From a virus (Duplodnaviria > Caudoviricetes): a DNA stretch of 40,053 nt. The notes under the pieces are model-generated. The model ran no database searches, was not told the DNA's origin, and saw only the letters and a program-made list of their open reading frames with translations. Position 1 is the stretch's first letter, and each line of letters starts with the position of its first letter. The DNA is taken from positions 1 to 40,053 of the IMG/VR virus record IMGVR_UViG_3300031577_000008, one strand, 5' to 3'. The translations under genes were made by a program, and so were the position numbers. Below, in pieces: positions 27,998 to 36,335 of the stretch.

Positions 27998-28723
27998 ATG
28001 ATGGATGCAGCAGAAAAGCTTTATGACACTCTGAAAAAAGATTTTGGTTTTGAGGGTGCTACAGGTTCTATTCAGTTTAGGCTAAAAGATTTTGGTATAA
28101 CTGTGGAACAAAATAATATTGTTGGTAATATTTTAGAGGAATGGTTAGCAAAATGGATGTTTGACAAAGGTATTCCTCATATACATAATCTAAAACAAGA
28201 ATCACCTGATTTTTGGTTAAATCTTGATAATCTTGAATCTGATTGGCTTGAAGTAAAATCTTTTACTGGAAGTCCCAATTTTGATGTAGCGGCTTTCAGG
28301 AGTTTTATTAATTTAGTTATAAATAAGCCATATAAATTACATTCAAAGTATTTACTCATTAAATATAAAATGGATGAAGGCGTGATAACTATAGAAAATG
28401 TCTGGTTAAAAAATTTATGGGAAATTAGTTGCACAAGTGAGAGATACCCAATAAAAGTGCAATATAAGAATAAAGTTATTGTTAACCTTCGGCCTGCAAT
28501 ATGGTACTCGAATAAAACAGATTATCCAACCTTTGATTGTTTGGGGGACTTTTTAGCAGCATTGGAAGAAACCATTTTTAATTATCATGACACTAGATCT
28601 ACAGTAGCCGAAGGTTGGAGTAAGAAACTTAGCAAAAGTTATAAAGCCTTCTACGGTATTGATCTTAATATACCTAGATGGTATGATGTAAAAGATAAGT
28701 ATAAAAAAAAGAATTTTACCTGA
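27998..28723 (+). CDS. Type II restriction endonuclease, NgoBV/NlaIV-like
   Basis: VGNILEEW, SPDF, LEVKSF and PNFD motifs; directly follows the MTase. Family and GGNNCC specificity are from recall. Confidence 0.75.
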   Translation: MMDAAEKLYDTLKKDFGFEGATGSIQFRLKDFGITVEQNNIVGNILEEWLAKWMFDKGIPHIHNLKQESPDFWLNLDNLESDWLEVKSFTGSPNFDVAAFRSFINLVINKPYKLHSKYLLIKYKMDEGVITIENVWLKNLWEISCTSERYPIKVQYKNKVIVNLRPAIWYSNKTDYPTFDCLGDFLAALEETIFNYHDTRSTVAEGWSKKLSKSYKAFYGIDLNIPRWYDVKDKYKKKNFT

Positions 28724-28863
28724 GTAGTTTTTTTTATAAAATTTCACAACAGAAGATGCGTTACAAGAGCTTATTTCTACTAAGCTCTCTGTAAAAATGG
28801 AGAAGCAGTAGTATATGTTTGCTGTAATGGCTATATTTTAAGTTAATGATTGCGTCTAATAGT

Positions 28864-29081
28864 CCAATCTGCCAGTTAATGATGGCCATGTAGAAGATGT
28901 AACTAATTCAAGGGCTAAGAATGAATTCGCTTCCTTCTATATTGTGTTTAAAACAAAAATTGCTCGACTGTATAATGAACAGAAAGAATGCCAACAACAA
29001 GCTGAGACTTGCCGGAGTAAGTATGTTGTAGTACGATCAGTGATGCAAGAGGTTAATGCTGCGAAGGAATATCTGCAGTGA
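28864..29081 (+). pseudogene. Startless open-frame remnant
   Basis: About 70 open codons (..VNDGHVEDV..NEQKECQQQ..KEYLQ*) preceded by in-frame stops. Confidence 0.3.
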
Positions 29082-29616
29082 TCTATTCTTTAATGGCGTG
29101 TTGCAAGCCGGTGAAGTGAATTTCAGGGACTGGATGGTGTACGTACTGGAAATCAAAAAACTACGAACAGCTCTAAATCCTCTCTGAATGTTTTGTAAGT
29201 TTTGCTCAGACATCTAACAAAAAATGGAAAAGGAAGCACTAGAATTATATCGTGGTGACGCATTTAACCGAATGCTTACACATGTTCTCTGAATTTTAGT
29301 GAAAATTATTTCATAAACCTACAATCTTAAAATAATCAATCTAATGCAAATATCTTGAATTAATTTTTAATATTCACACAGGAAGGATTAAATAATTTCT
29401 TAACCTTAATAGATTCCAAAGACTAAAGTGTAAAACGAAAATTAAAATTAATTGCATTAACTTTATCCAATTATACTCCACACCTCAAACACTTTACAAC
29501 AGTAAATTAAGATAAAAATTATATGCTAAGATAAATGATAATCACCACCAGATCAAAACGCCAAAACAAGAATACTCTTGCAATTTAGTAGTTTTTTTCA
29601 TTATCAATTATAATAA

Positions 29617-30789
29617 TTAGATTTTACCACCATACGTATTCCAACCAATTAGAGAATCAATAAGTACTGAGGCTGTAATAAAATCAGAATCCATATATTT
29701 GCCGTAAACAGATCTACATTTTTCCATAAAAGATTTATTATTTGCTAAATCAATTAAATCGCTATCTCTATTATAAAAAACGTAATGATATTGATCTACA
29801 ATTGGCATACTCTTTTGGATTAGACTACTGTCCAAATTTACTTTTCCGAGTATATCTCTAATAAAGTGTGATCTAATCACCGTATCGTAATATTGACTAA
29901 TTTTATTAGGGTAATTCGCAATTAAATCTATATGTTTAAGCCATCTTAAATGCAAACTACAGACTAAAATTGAAAGTGCAATATAATCGTGCTCAAAGTC
30001 ATTCTCAAAAAATGAGACAGTATTTTCAATTGCTAATCTATCACACAACATCTCATCAATAATATTCTCTTTATATGATTCAGAATTAAAAACCTTACGA
30101 GAGGACTGCTGAACACTCGCTAATAAATGTTGAAAAAAAGCGCTTTCTGATTCAACAAATACCTCACATTCAGCTCTGTAAGTTTCAGTATAGTTGACCA
30201 ATTTTTCAGTATGCATCAAATAATGTGATATTTCGTGAAAAATAATAAAAACCTCAGAAATGAGAGTTATCCGATGAACACCATTTAGGTCACATTCAAA
30301 TATATTCTTTTGTTTTGCTTCTTTTGATGATTCGATGGAATCTGCGTCATAAAAATATTTCATCGAAATATAAAAAACCTCATTTGTATTATTCGAATAA
30401 ATTTCTTTCAAATAATCGTGGGTTATACATGCGTATGGAAGAGCTTTATCAAACTGCCCACTCTTACGTAAAGCTTCTGCGATCAATTTACAAGAGAAAG
30501 CTGAAATTTTCACTTCTTCATGTGGTAATAAGAAAATCTTTGTCATTAAATGAAATGTTTCTCCTAAATATCTATCATATATTATTAATAAATTATCATC
30601 AATAATTAATTCAGCTTGCCTGCATAATGAATAAATAAGATGAATTTGAAGTTCAATATTATATTTAGAACTTATTAAATTTTTAATTTTATTAAAAATT
30701 CCTTCATAATACTCATCCATACTATCATCAATGATATATGGAAAGCGCGTGTTCTTTATATATATATCGAATTTTGTATTAGTCTTCAT
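29617..30789 (-). CDS. HExxH zinc metallopeptidase-like protein (Lit/U49- or M48/M78-like)
   Basis: IIFHEISHY with a downstream EMLCD (ExxxD) helix. Confidence 0.7.
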   Translation of the reverse strand: MKTNTKFDIYIKNTRFPYIIDDSMDEYYEGIFNKIKNLISSKYNIELQIHLIYSLCRQAELIIDDNLLIIYDRYLGETFHLMTKIFLLPHEEVKISAFSCKLIAEALRKSGQFDKALPYACITHDYLKEIYSNNTNEVFYISMKYFYDADSIESSKEAKQKNIFECDLNGVHRITLISEVFIIFHEISHYLMHTEKLVNYTETYRAECEVFVESESAFFQHLLASVQQSSRKVFNSESYKENIIDEMLCDRLAIENTVSFFENDFEHDYIALSILVCSLHLRWLKHIDLIANYPNKISQYYDTVIRSHFIRDILGKVNLDSSLIQKSMPIVDQYHYVFYNRDSDLIDLANNKSFMEKCRSVYGKYMDSDFITASVLIDSLIGWNTYGGKI

Positions 30790-31120
30790 CTTTTTGAGAA
30801 AGATATATTTTATCTATAATCTGCTTAAATTCTTCTATCGAATTACATAAAATAGAAATACCTTTATAATTTATTTTTATTTGTTTTTTATTTCGAAAAT
30901 ATTCCCGGAATATTAGGCACAATTGCTCTATTATTATAACTGATGCTGTTATTATAATAGGCACATAAGCAATTTCTCCATCATAACGATTTGAATTTAT
31001 CTGAGTAATTTCAGTATCACTTATTTTTTCAATATCCTGTATCATTTTAGAATCCTCTTCGGGTATTAAAATTACAAAATCAAATTTATTTTTCATGCTT
31101 TTGTTTTTTTGATGATTCAT
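30779..31120 (-). CDS. Small single-TM protein, EACC1-like
   Basis: Acidic N-terminus, RYDG linker, hydrophobic helix (YVPIIITASVIIIEQLCLIF), basic patch, beta hairpin and terminal helix; overlaps the peptidase start by 11 bp. Confidence 0.6.
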   Translation of the reverse strand: MNHQKNKSMKNKFDFVILIPEEDSKMIQDIEKISDTEITQINSNRYDGEIAYVPIIITASVIIIEQLCLIFREYFRNKKQIKINYKGISILCNSIEEFKQIIDKIYLSQKDED

Positions 31121-31989
31121 TATTAAAATGTTGATAAATAGTCAAATAACGGAAAAAGTATATAATATTTCGTAAATACAAAATCTATGTATTACTCATA
31201 TACCGTTTTACAATAAATACTGTCTATATAAATATAATCAATAATATATTGTTATAAAATAGAGATTGCACTTTTCGCATTCACAGATATTTAGCTTGCT
31301 GAAAATCCTCTATTATTCATCAATAAACCAAATTTTGCTACTTATTCCTAACTCCTCAATATTTTTTTCATAATCCATGAAATAATTAGTTTAAATTAGA
31401 AAACTAATATAAAGTTATTTATTTAATGCAATAATCAAACATCGTATAACGATATTTTTCGATTAAAATGAACAGAACAAAAACATTTGCTCAAAATACA
31501 TGATTAAGTCACAAACATTATTTCAATAAGATTACAAAATTAATCAAAAAATGAGGCAAAATAGAATAATATAAATTTCTTGAAGAGATAATCTGAGATG
31601 TAACACGAAACTAAAATAAGGAAAATCATCCTCGCTTTTGATCAATTCAAGAAATAAATATTTTAATCCAAAAAATGTGCATATTTTGAACGCTTTTTTG
31701 TATAATCTTCCCGGCGAAGCATGATTTACAATACCAACCAGCATATTATAGTCATCTTTTGCGATATAATATAAAAATGCCCTCGCAAATCACGAAGGCA
31801 TCAATAAACAGGCAATATCATTGCTAATTATAAGTAAAGCTATCTTAGCGACATCGTATTTAATATCAAAGATATAAGCTATATAGCAAAAGTTACCTAT
31901 AGTTTGTAGGATACATAATTTTCCCGAAATATTGTCTAACATATTTTTGGTAGACTAAAACATTATATTTACTTTCGAAATAAAATGAT

Positions 31990-32847
31990 ATGATACCTGC
32001 TATAATAAAAATAATACCTAAAGGTTCACTTTTCTTGCGTTCAAGAGAGCATTACACTGCTGGTGAATTATTCAATAACCGAAGAGACCTAAAATATCCT
32101 CCAGTAAAAAAAGCTAAATTACAGAGAGCTAATTGGAATAATCAACCAATGTTCTATGCTTCTTATGTTAGTGACCCAAAAGCAGAAAGCAATCCGGATG
32201 CAGTTATTACCATATTATACGAAACCTCAGATTTTGTGCGTAATGAATGTTCGGAAGGTATAAAAGAAGCCACTATATCTTTATGGAAATCAAAAAGAGA
32301 TTTAGAAGTATTCGTACTGCCAACATTCAATATCTATCCAAGTATTGATGAGATATTTGAATTATACAACGAAAAATGGGAAAAATTCTTTGAAGTAGCA
32401 GGAGTGCCCCAAATTAAAATAGACTATCTTAAAAATATTACAGAAAAGTTTGCCCAAATTTCGGAAAATGAAGATGAACAAAAGAATGCTTATAAAATAA
32501 CGGCTGAATTCGTAAACTTAATATTAGCTAATAATTTAGAGATTGATGGAATAATGTATCCAAGTGCTAGACTTAAAAATGAAAAGATAGGTGTTAATAT
32601 TGTTTTTCGCCCTGAAATTTGTGATAAGTGGCTGGATTTAATTCAAGCACATGTTGCCCATTTTTTCAAACCGAATATCAAACAAGAGTTCCTAACATAT
32701 TACATGGAAACAACCAAATGTGGAAATACAGGGAAAATTAAATATAAAATGTGTAAAGATTATTTCAAAGACATACATTATATGGAAGCTACTCAAGAAT
32801 CGAAAGTAGACTATTTAAGCCTAGAGTTAAAATACAATTCTAAATGA
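31990..32847 (+). CDS. RES-domain protein
   Basis: FLRSR, QRANWNNQPMFYAS, ILYE, DGIMYPS and NIVF motifs. Confidence 0.8.
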   Translation: MIPAIIKIIPKGSLFLRSREHYTAGELFNNRRDLKYPPVKKAKLQRANWNNQPMFYASYVSDPKAESNPDAVITILYETSDFVRNECSEGIKEATISLWKSKRDLEVFVLPTFNIYPSIDEIFELYNEKWEKFFEVAGVPQIKIDYLKNITEKFAQISENEDEQKNAYKITAEFVNLILANNLEIDGIMYPSARLKNEKIGVNIVFRPEICDKWLDLIQAHVAHFFKPNIKQEFLTYYMETTKCGNTGKIKYKMCKDYFKDIHYMEATQESKVDYLSLELKYNSK

Positions 32848-32999
32848 CATAACTAACAATAAATTATCACCGCAGAATAATTACCAATACCATAAACAAG
32901 GAGAAAACCTCATTGAAGGTAGAGCAAAACAAAATAAAGAAGGCTTTATACAGAGACAAAGTAAGGTAGGAACAAAATAAAAAGTGAGGAAGTTTCTTC

Positions 33000-33527
33000 T
33001 CACTTTTTAATCAACTTCCACAATAAACTCATCCAGTTCGTTTTCTTATTACTCCAGTATAATAAAGCGATAATACCAACTACCCAAGTAATGCCACCCG
33101 TCCAAATCAGAGTAGTTTGCCAGCAATTCAATTTCTTTTCAACCGGTAAAGTAACAACAGATTGCGAAACGCTCTTTTTACCAACGTTGATAGTAGTTTG
33201 AGGCAAATAAATAGTATCAGGTTCTGTTTTAGCAGTAGTCAGCAGGTTGCCCAGACTATCGAGAGAAAATTGTAAACTCATGCGCTTAGAATGCTCTTCA
33301 TCAAACCATTTAAGTGCAACTTTACCGTTCTTATCACACTCAAGCAATGCCCTGATTTTAGCGGAATCTTCCGGCAAAGCATAAGGAACCAGCTTTTCAA
33401 CTACAACAGAATCGTACTTTGTCTCTGTACTAGTGGATGTTTGCTTTGCCGTTCTGCAGGAACACAAAGTAGCAAGCGTTAGTATGATGCCTACCAATAA
33501 TTCTCCGAATTTTAAATGTTTTTTCAT
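33000..33527 (-). CDS. Spanin-like lipoprotein with unimolecular architecture
   Basis: Lipobox LCSC and a C-terminal TM helix; last gene of the lysis cassette. Confidence 0.6.
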   Translation of the reverse strand: MKKHLKFGELLVGIILTLATLCSCRTAKQTSTSTETKYDSVVVEKLVPYALPEDSAKIRALLECDKNGKVALKWFDEEHSKRMSLQFSLDSLGNLLTTAKTEPDTIYLPQTTINVGKKSVSQSVVTLPVEKKLNCWQTTLIWTGGITWVVGIIALLYWSNKKTNWMSLLWKLIKK

Positions 33528-33709
33528 CGCTTACCCCCTTTCATTTGTTTCAATTCCTTCTCCGCATCAATCAGGTAGAAATAATCCCGTATTGAGATTT
33601 TCCCGCTCAAAGCTTGATCTCTGTAAATAGGTTCCCGGTTCTTAACCGTTTCCTTTTGAGTACCACAACTTGCCAATGCAATTGCGACAATTAATAATAA
33701 CTTCTTCAT
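33524..33709 (-). CDS. Small lipoprotein
   Basis: MKKLLLIVAIALASC lipobox. Confidence 0.7.
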   Translation of the reverse strand: MKKLLLIVAIALASCGTQKETVKNREPIYRDQALSGKISIRDYFYLIDAEKELKQMKGGKR

Positions 33710-33800
33710 CTTCCATTATTTTTTGATAAAATAAATACGCCAAATAACACCCAATCATTTTAATACATATATTCGCATGTTATTTTTAAAGATTGATATC

Positions 33801-33941
33801 ATGAGCAAAAATGAAAAGACATCTAAGAAAGTAGCATCGAAAGCCGGAGAGATGCTCTCCAACCCATCGACGCCCAAAAACACTAAGTCGGTCGCTGCTT
33901 CTGCCCTGACACAAGCTCCTGACAAGAAGAAAGGCAAATAG
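33801..33941 (+). CDS. Small basic protein antisense to the lysis cassette (46 aa, not in the ORF track)
   Basis: MSKNEKTSKKVASKAGEMLSNPSTPKNTKSVAASALTQAPDKKKGK*; TATATTCG -7-like box upstream. Confidence 0.65.
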   Translation: MSKNEKTSKKVASKAGEMLSNPSTPKNTKSVAASALTQAPDKKKGK

Positions 33942-34170
33942 AGTGCTTAATACAACACTTGGGAATAGTTATTATTCCGTTTGCCTGTTCCAAGGTATTA
34001 TTAGTTTCCTCCGCATAGCTCCCTGATAACGAGATGAGCTTATCATCCTCATAAATGACAAACCCTATACTTTTAACAAGAAGACTTTGCGGAGTGAAAT
34101 TCTCCACATCACTCCAACCTCCCGTAGCCCCGTAGCTGTCTGTCCATATCACTAACCGGATCTCTTTCAT
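33883..34170 (-). CDS. Hypothetical phage protein
   Basis: IWTDS...W...SIGF...IPKCCI pattern; ATGA-coupled to the endolysin. Confidence 0.7.
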   Translation of the reverse strand: MKEIRLVIWTDSYGATGGWSDVENFTPQSLLVKSIGFVIYEDDKLISLSGSYAEETNNTLEQANGIITIPKCCIKHSICLSSCQELVSGQKQRPT

Positions 34171-34742
34171 ACGTATTTGAATGAGTTAATGCGATTAAGC
34201 CAACCTGTCCTAAACTTGGCATTTGCAGGGCGGTTCCTGATAATGTCATCAATATACTTTTTACGGGCAGTTACGATCTGATTAAACAAAGCTTCCTGAT
34301 TGGCGGAGTTGACAGCTTCCAGCGTTTTAGGCCCGACAGTTCCATCCGATTGAGCCTCTAATACTCTCTGAGGTATTGTAATACCGTACGATCCTGAAGC
34401 CCACACCCAATCCACTAGGATATCAGCGATTGACTGATTGTTGATTTTGTCTGCCTGCCATCTGTCCCAGAAGATTGATTTAACGATATCCCGCCAATGA
34501 GGATATGAAATATTCCTAAGTGATAATACCGTTGGTCTGGGATAACCTTTTTTTCTGCAATACATTTCATAAGTTGCCAGCGTAACACCTATCATGGTGG
34601 CACCTCCCGTATCAACAGGATCATTGGAGAACCCTGTTTTTTTAGCCCTCTCAAATAGAGATTCGTTCGATTCACCAGCCTTGGCAATACACCCGGCTTC
34701 CCATCTTATTAAATGAGGGATGAGTTTTTCCACATTAGCCAT
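34167..34742 (-). CDS. Endolysin, glycoside hydrolase family 108
   Basis: WEAG, DPVDTGGATMIGVT, DGTVGPKTL and FRTGWLNRI motifs; likely start MANVEKL at 34742. Confidence 0.9.
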   Translation of the reverse strand: MANVEKLIPHLIRWEAGCIAKAGESNESLFERAKKTGFSNDPVDTGGATMIGVTLATYEMYCRKKGYPRPTVLSLRNISYPHWRDIVKSIFWDRWQADKINNQSIADILVDWVWASGSYGITIPQRVLEAQSDGTVGPKTLEAVNSANQEALFNQIVTARKKYIDDIIRNRPANAKFRTGWLNRINSFKYV

Positions 34743-34989
34743 TTTCGCTTCCTTTCTTCTCTTTAAGACCGGCAACACCCGTAATAATAAGTGCCGCAAG
34801 TGTTATATATCCCACATTATTAACGATGCATTCAGGAAGAGCAATGTTCATTCCCTGGAAAGTAAACCATGCACCCGGTACAACGGCCGCAATTGTGGCC
34901 GCTGAATTTCTGATAATCTTTGCCACTCTTGGCGTTTCGGCCTTCCAACGACGTGGCAAATCTTTGATAAAAGCAATAATCTTTTTCAT
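34735..34989 (-). CDS. Putative holin
   Basis: 84 aa, two TM helices, charged C-terminus, directly upstream of the endolysin. Confidence 0.65.
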   Translation of the reverse strand: MKKIIAFIKDLPRRWKAETPRVAKIIRNSAATIAAVVPGAWFTFQGMNIALPECIVNNVGYITLAALIITGVAGLKEKKGSENG

Positions 34990-34990
34990 C

Positions 34991-35242
34991 TCATAAATAT
35001 TTTTGAATTAAATACATCAGGACAGGAAGTACGACGCTTGCAATGCCTATTGCTTTCCAAGACAGGACTTCAATCCCGGTAACCTTTCTCTCCAGTTCGG
35101 AGAATCTCTTAGCCATACCCTGTGCCCCAAGAGGGCTGCCTTCAAGTACTAATTTGACTTCTGATAAATCCTTTCTCAGATCATTCATACCTTCGGCCAA
35201 TCTGTCCATCTTCTTTTCTAAGTTTTCCTCCTTCTCTCCCAT
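34991..35242 (-). CDS. Coiled-coil protein with a C-terminal TM helix (holin-associated)
   Basis: 83 aa, first gene of the lysis unit. Confidence 0.6.
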   Translation of the reverse strand: MGEKEENLEKKMDRLAEGMNDLRKDLSEVKLVLEGSPLGAQGMAKRFSELERKVTGIEVLSWKAIGIASVVLPVLMYLIQKYL

Positions 35243-35275
35243 TCTACAATCATTCTAATGTTATTTTTATATTGG

Positions 35276-35315
35276 CAAATATAGAAAGTAGGGAATTGTT
35301 GTATGTTGTCGTTTT
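35276..35315 (-). promoter_or_regulatory. Putative late promoter AAAACGACAAC-N21-TATATTTG
   Basis: Shared motif and spacing, upstream of the lysis cassette. Confidence 0.6.
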
Positions 35316-35587
35316 AATACAAAGAGTTGTCTTTTTAGCAAAAACAACTGATACAACGCCTTACAACAAATCGCCCTAGCATCTTCATCTGCTTTTTACT
35401 TTAAAGTATGATTTGATAGAACTTAGCTATATCAAGGAAGAAGAAAGGCGTTAAGAAGATAGAAAGCGGTCGCAAGGTATGCGAGTAAAAAACAAATAAT
35501 GAATTATCTAAAAAATGGGATCAAAAAAGGATGACGTATAAAATAAATGTATATTTTTGCTGATACAATCTTATAAATAAAATTTCT

Positions 35588-35815
35588 ATGAAAAAACTAT
35601 TATTATTAATGGTATTTTGCTTGCCATTACTCAGCATGACTACAGGAGTAGAAAATCCATCTTCCGTCTATATTTGCACCGGCCCCAAAGCTATCGTTTA
35701 TCACGCAACAAATAAGTGCAGAGGATTAAATCGCTGCAGCGGAGAAATTAAAGCCATCAACCTAGCAGATGCTAAGGAAATGGGGCGGAGAGCCTGCAAG
35801 ATTTGTTATAAATAA
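35588..35815 (+). CDS. Small secreted Cys-rich protein
   Basis: Signal peptide followed by VYIC..YH..C..L..C..R.CKIC. Confidence 0.75.
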   Translation: MKKLLLLMVFCLPLLSMTTGVENPSSVYICTGPKAIVYHATNKCRGLNRCSGEIKAINLADAKEMGRRACKICYK

Positions 35816-35833
35816 CCACTTAATTCTATTATC

Positions 35834-36292
35834 ATGGAAGAAAAAGAAAATAATATAGCCGATAAGCTATTTATCGCTGAATTGATAAGAAAAGTACATG
35901 ATGAATTGATCAGGTCTCAGGAGATTAGAGAGAATGAAGGAAAAGCCCCCTTATTCACAGTAAAGGACTTGAGTATTGAAGTTAACTTCATTGCCACAGA
36001 AACTTTAAACAAGGAAGGTGGTCTAGATTTTAAGATCATTACTGCGGGAGTCAATAAACAATATAGCACTCAACAAATACATCGAATTGTGCTAAACTTA
36101 GAACTGAATAAAAAGCTTGTTGACGATAAGGAGAATAAACCAATCAGAGAATCTACTCAAAAGCCAACAACTCAGAAGTCAAGTCGAGACAAAAGCGTTA
36201 TAGGCGTTAATCCTATTATGATAAAAGAAATCAATCCTCCTGCTCCATTTGGTGAGCTAAACAAACTTGACGATGACCCCTCGCATATTTAA
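35834..36292 (+). CDS. Trypco2-like domain protein
   Basis: IAELIRKVHDEL...LFTVKDLSIEVNF...GGLDFKII...HRIVLNL matches my recollection of the trypsin-co-occurring domain 2 pattern. Confidence 0.7.
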   Translation: MEEKENNIADKLFIAELIRKVHDELIRSQEIRENEGKAPLFTVKDLSIEVNFIATETLNKEGGLDFKIITAGVNKQYSTQQIHRIVLNLELNKKLVDDKENKPIRESTQKPTTQKSSRDKSVIGVNPIMIKEINPPAPFGELNKLDDDPSHI

Positions 36293-36335
36293 GCACGCAA
36301 AACGTTTTAATAACAAGTAATTATGTTAATCTCTT

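Noticed and set aside
31544-31744. 66-aa ORF as an antitoxin for the RES gene
   Set aside because: Opposite strand, non-ATG start and no HTH or Xre features.
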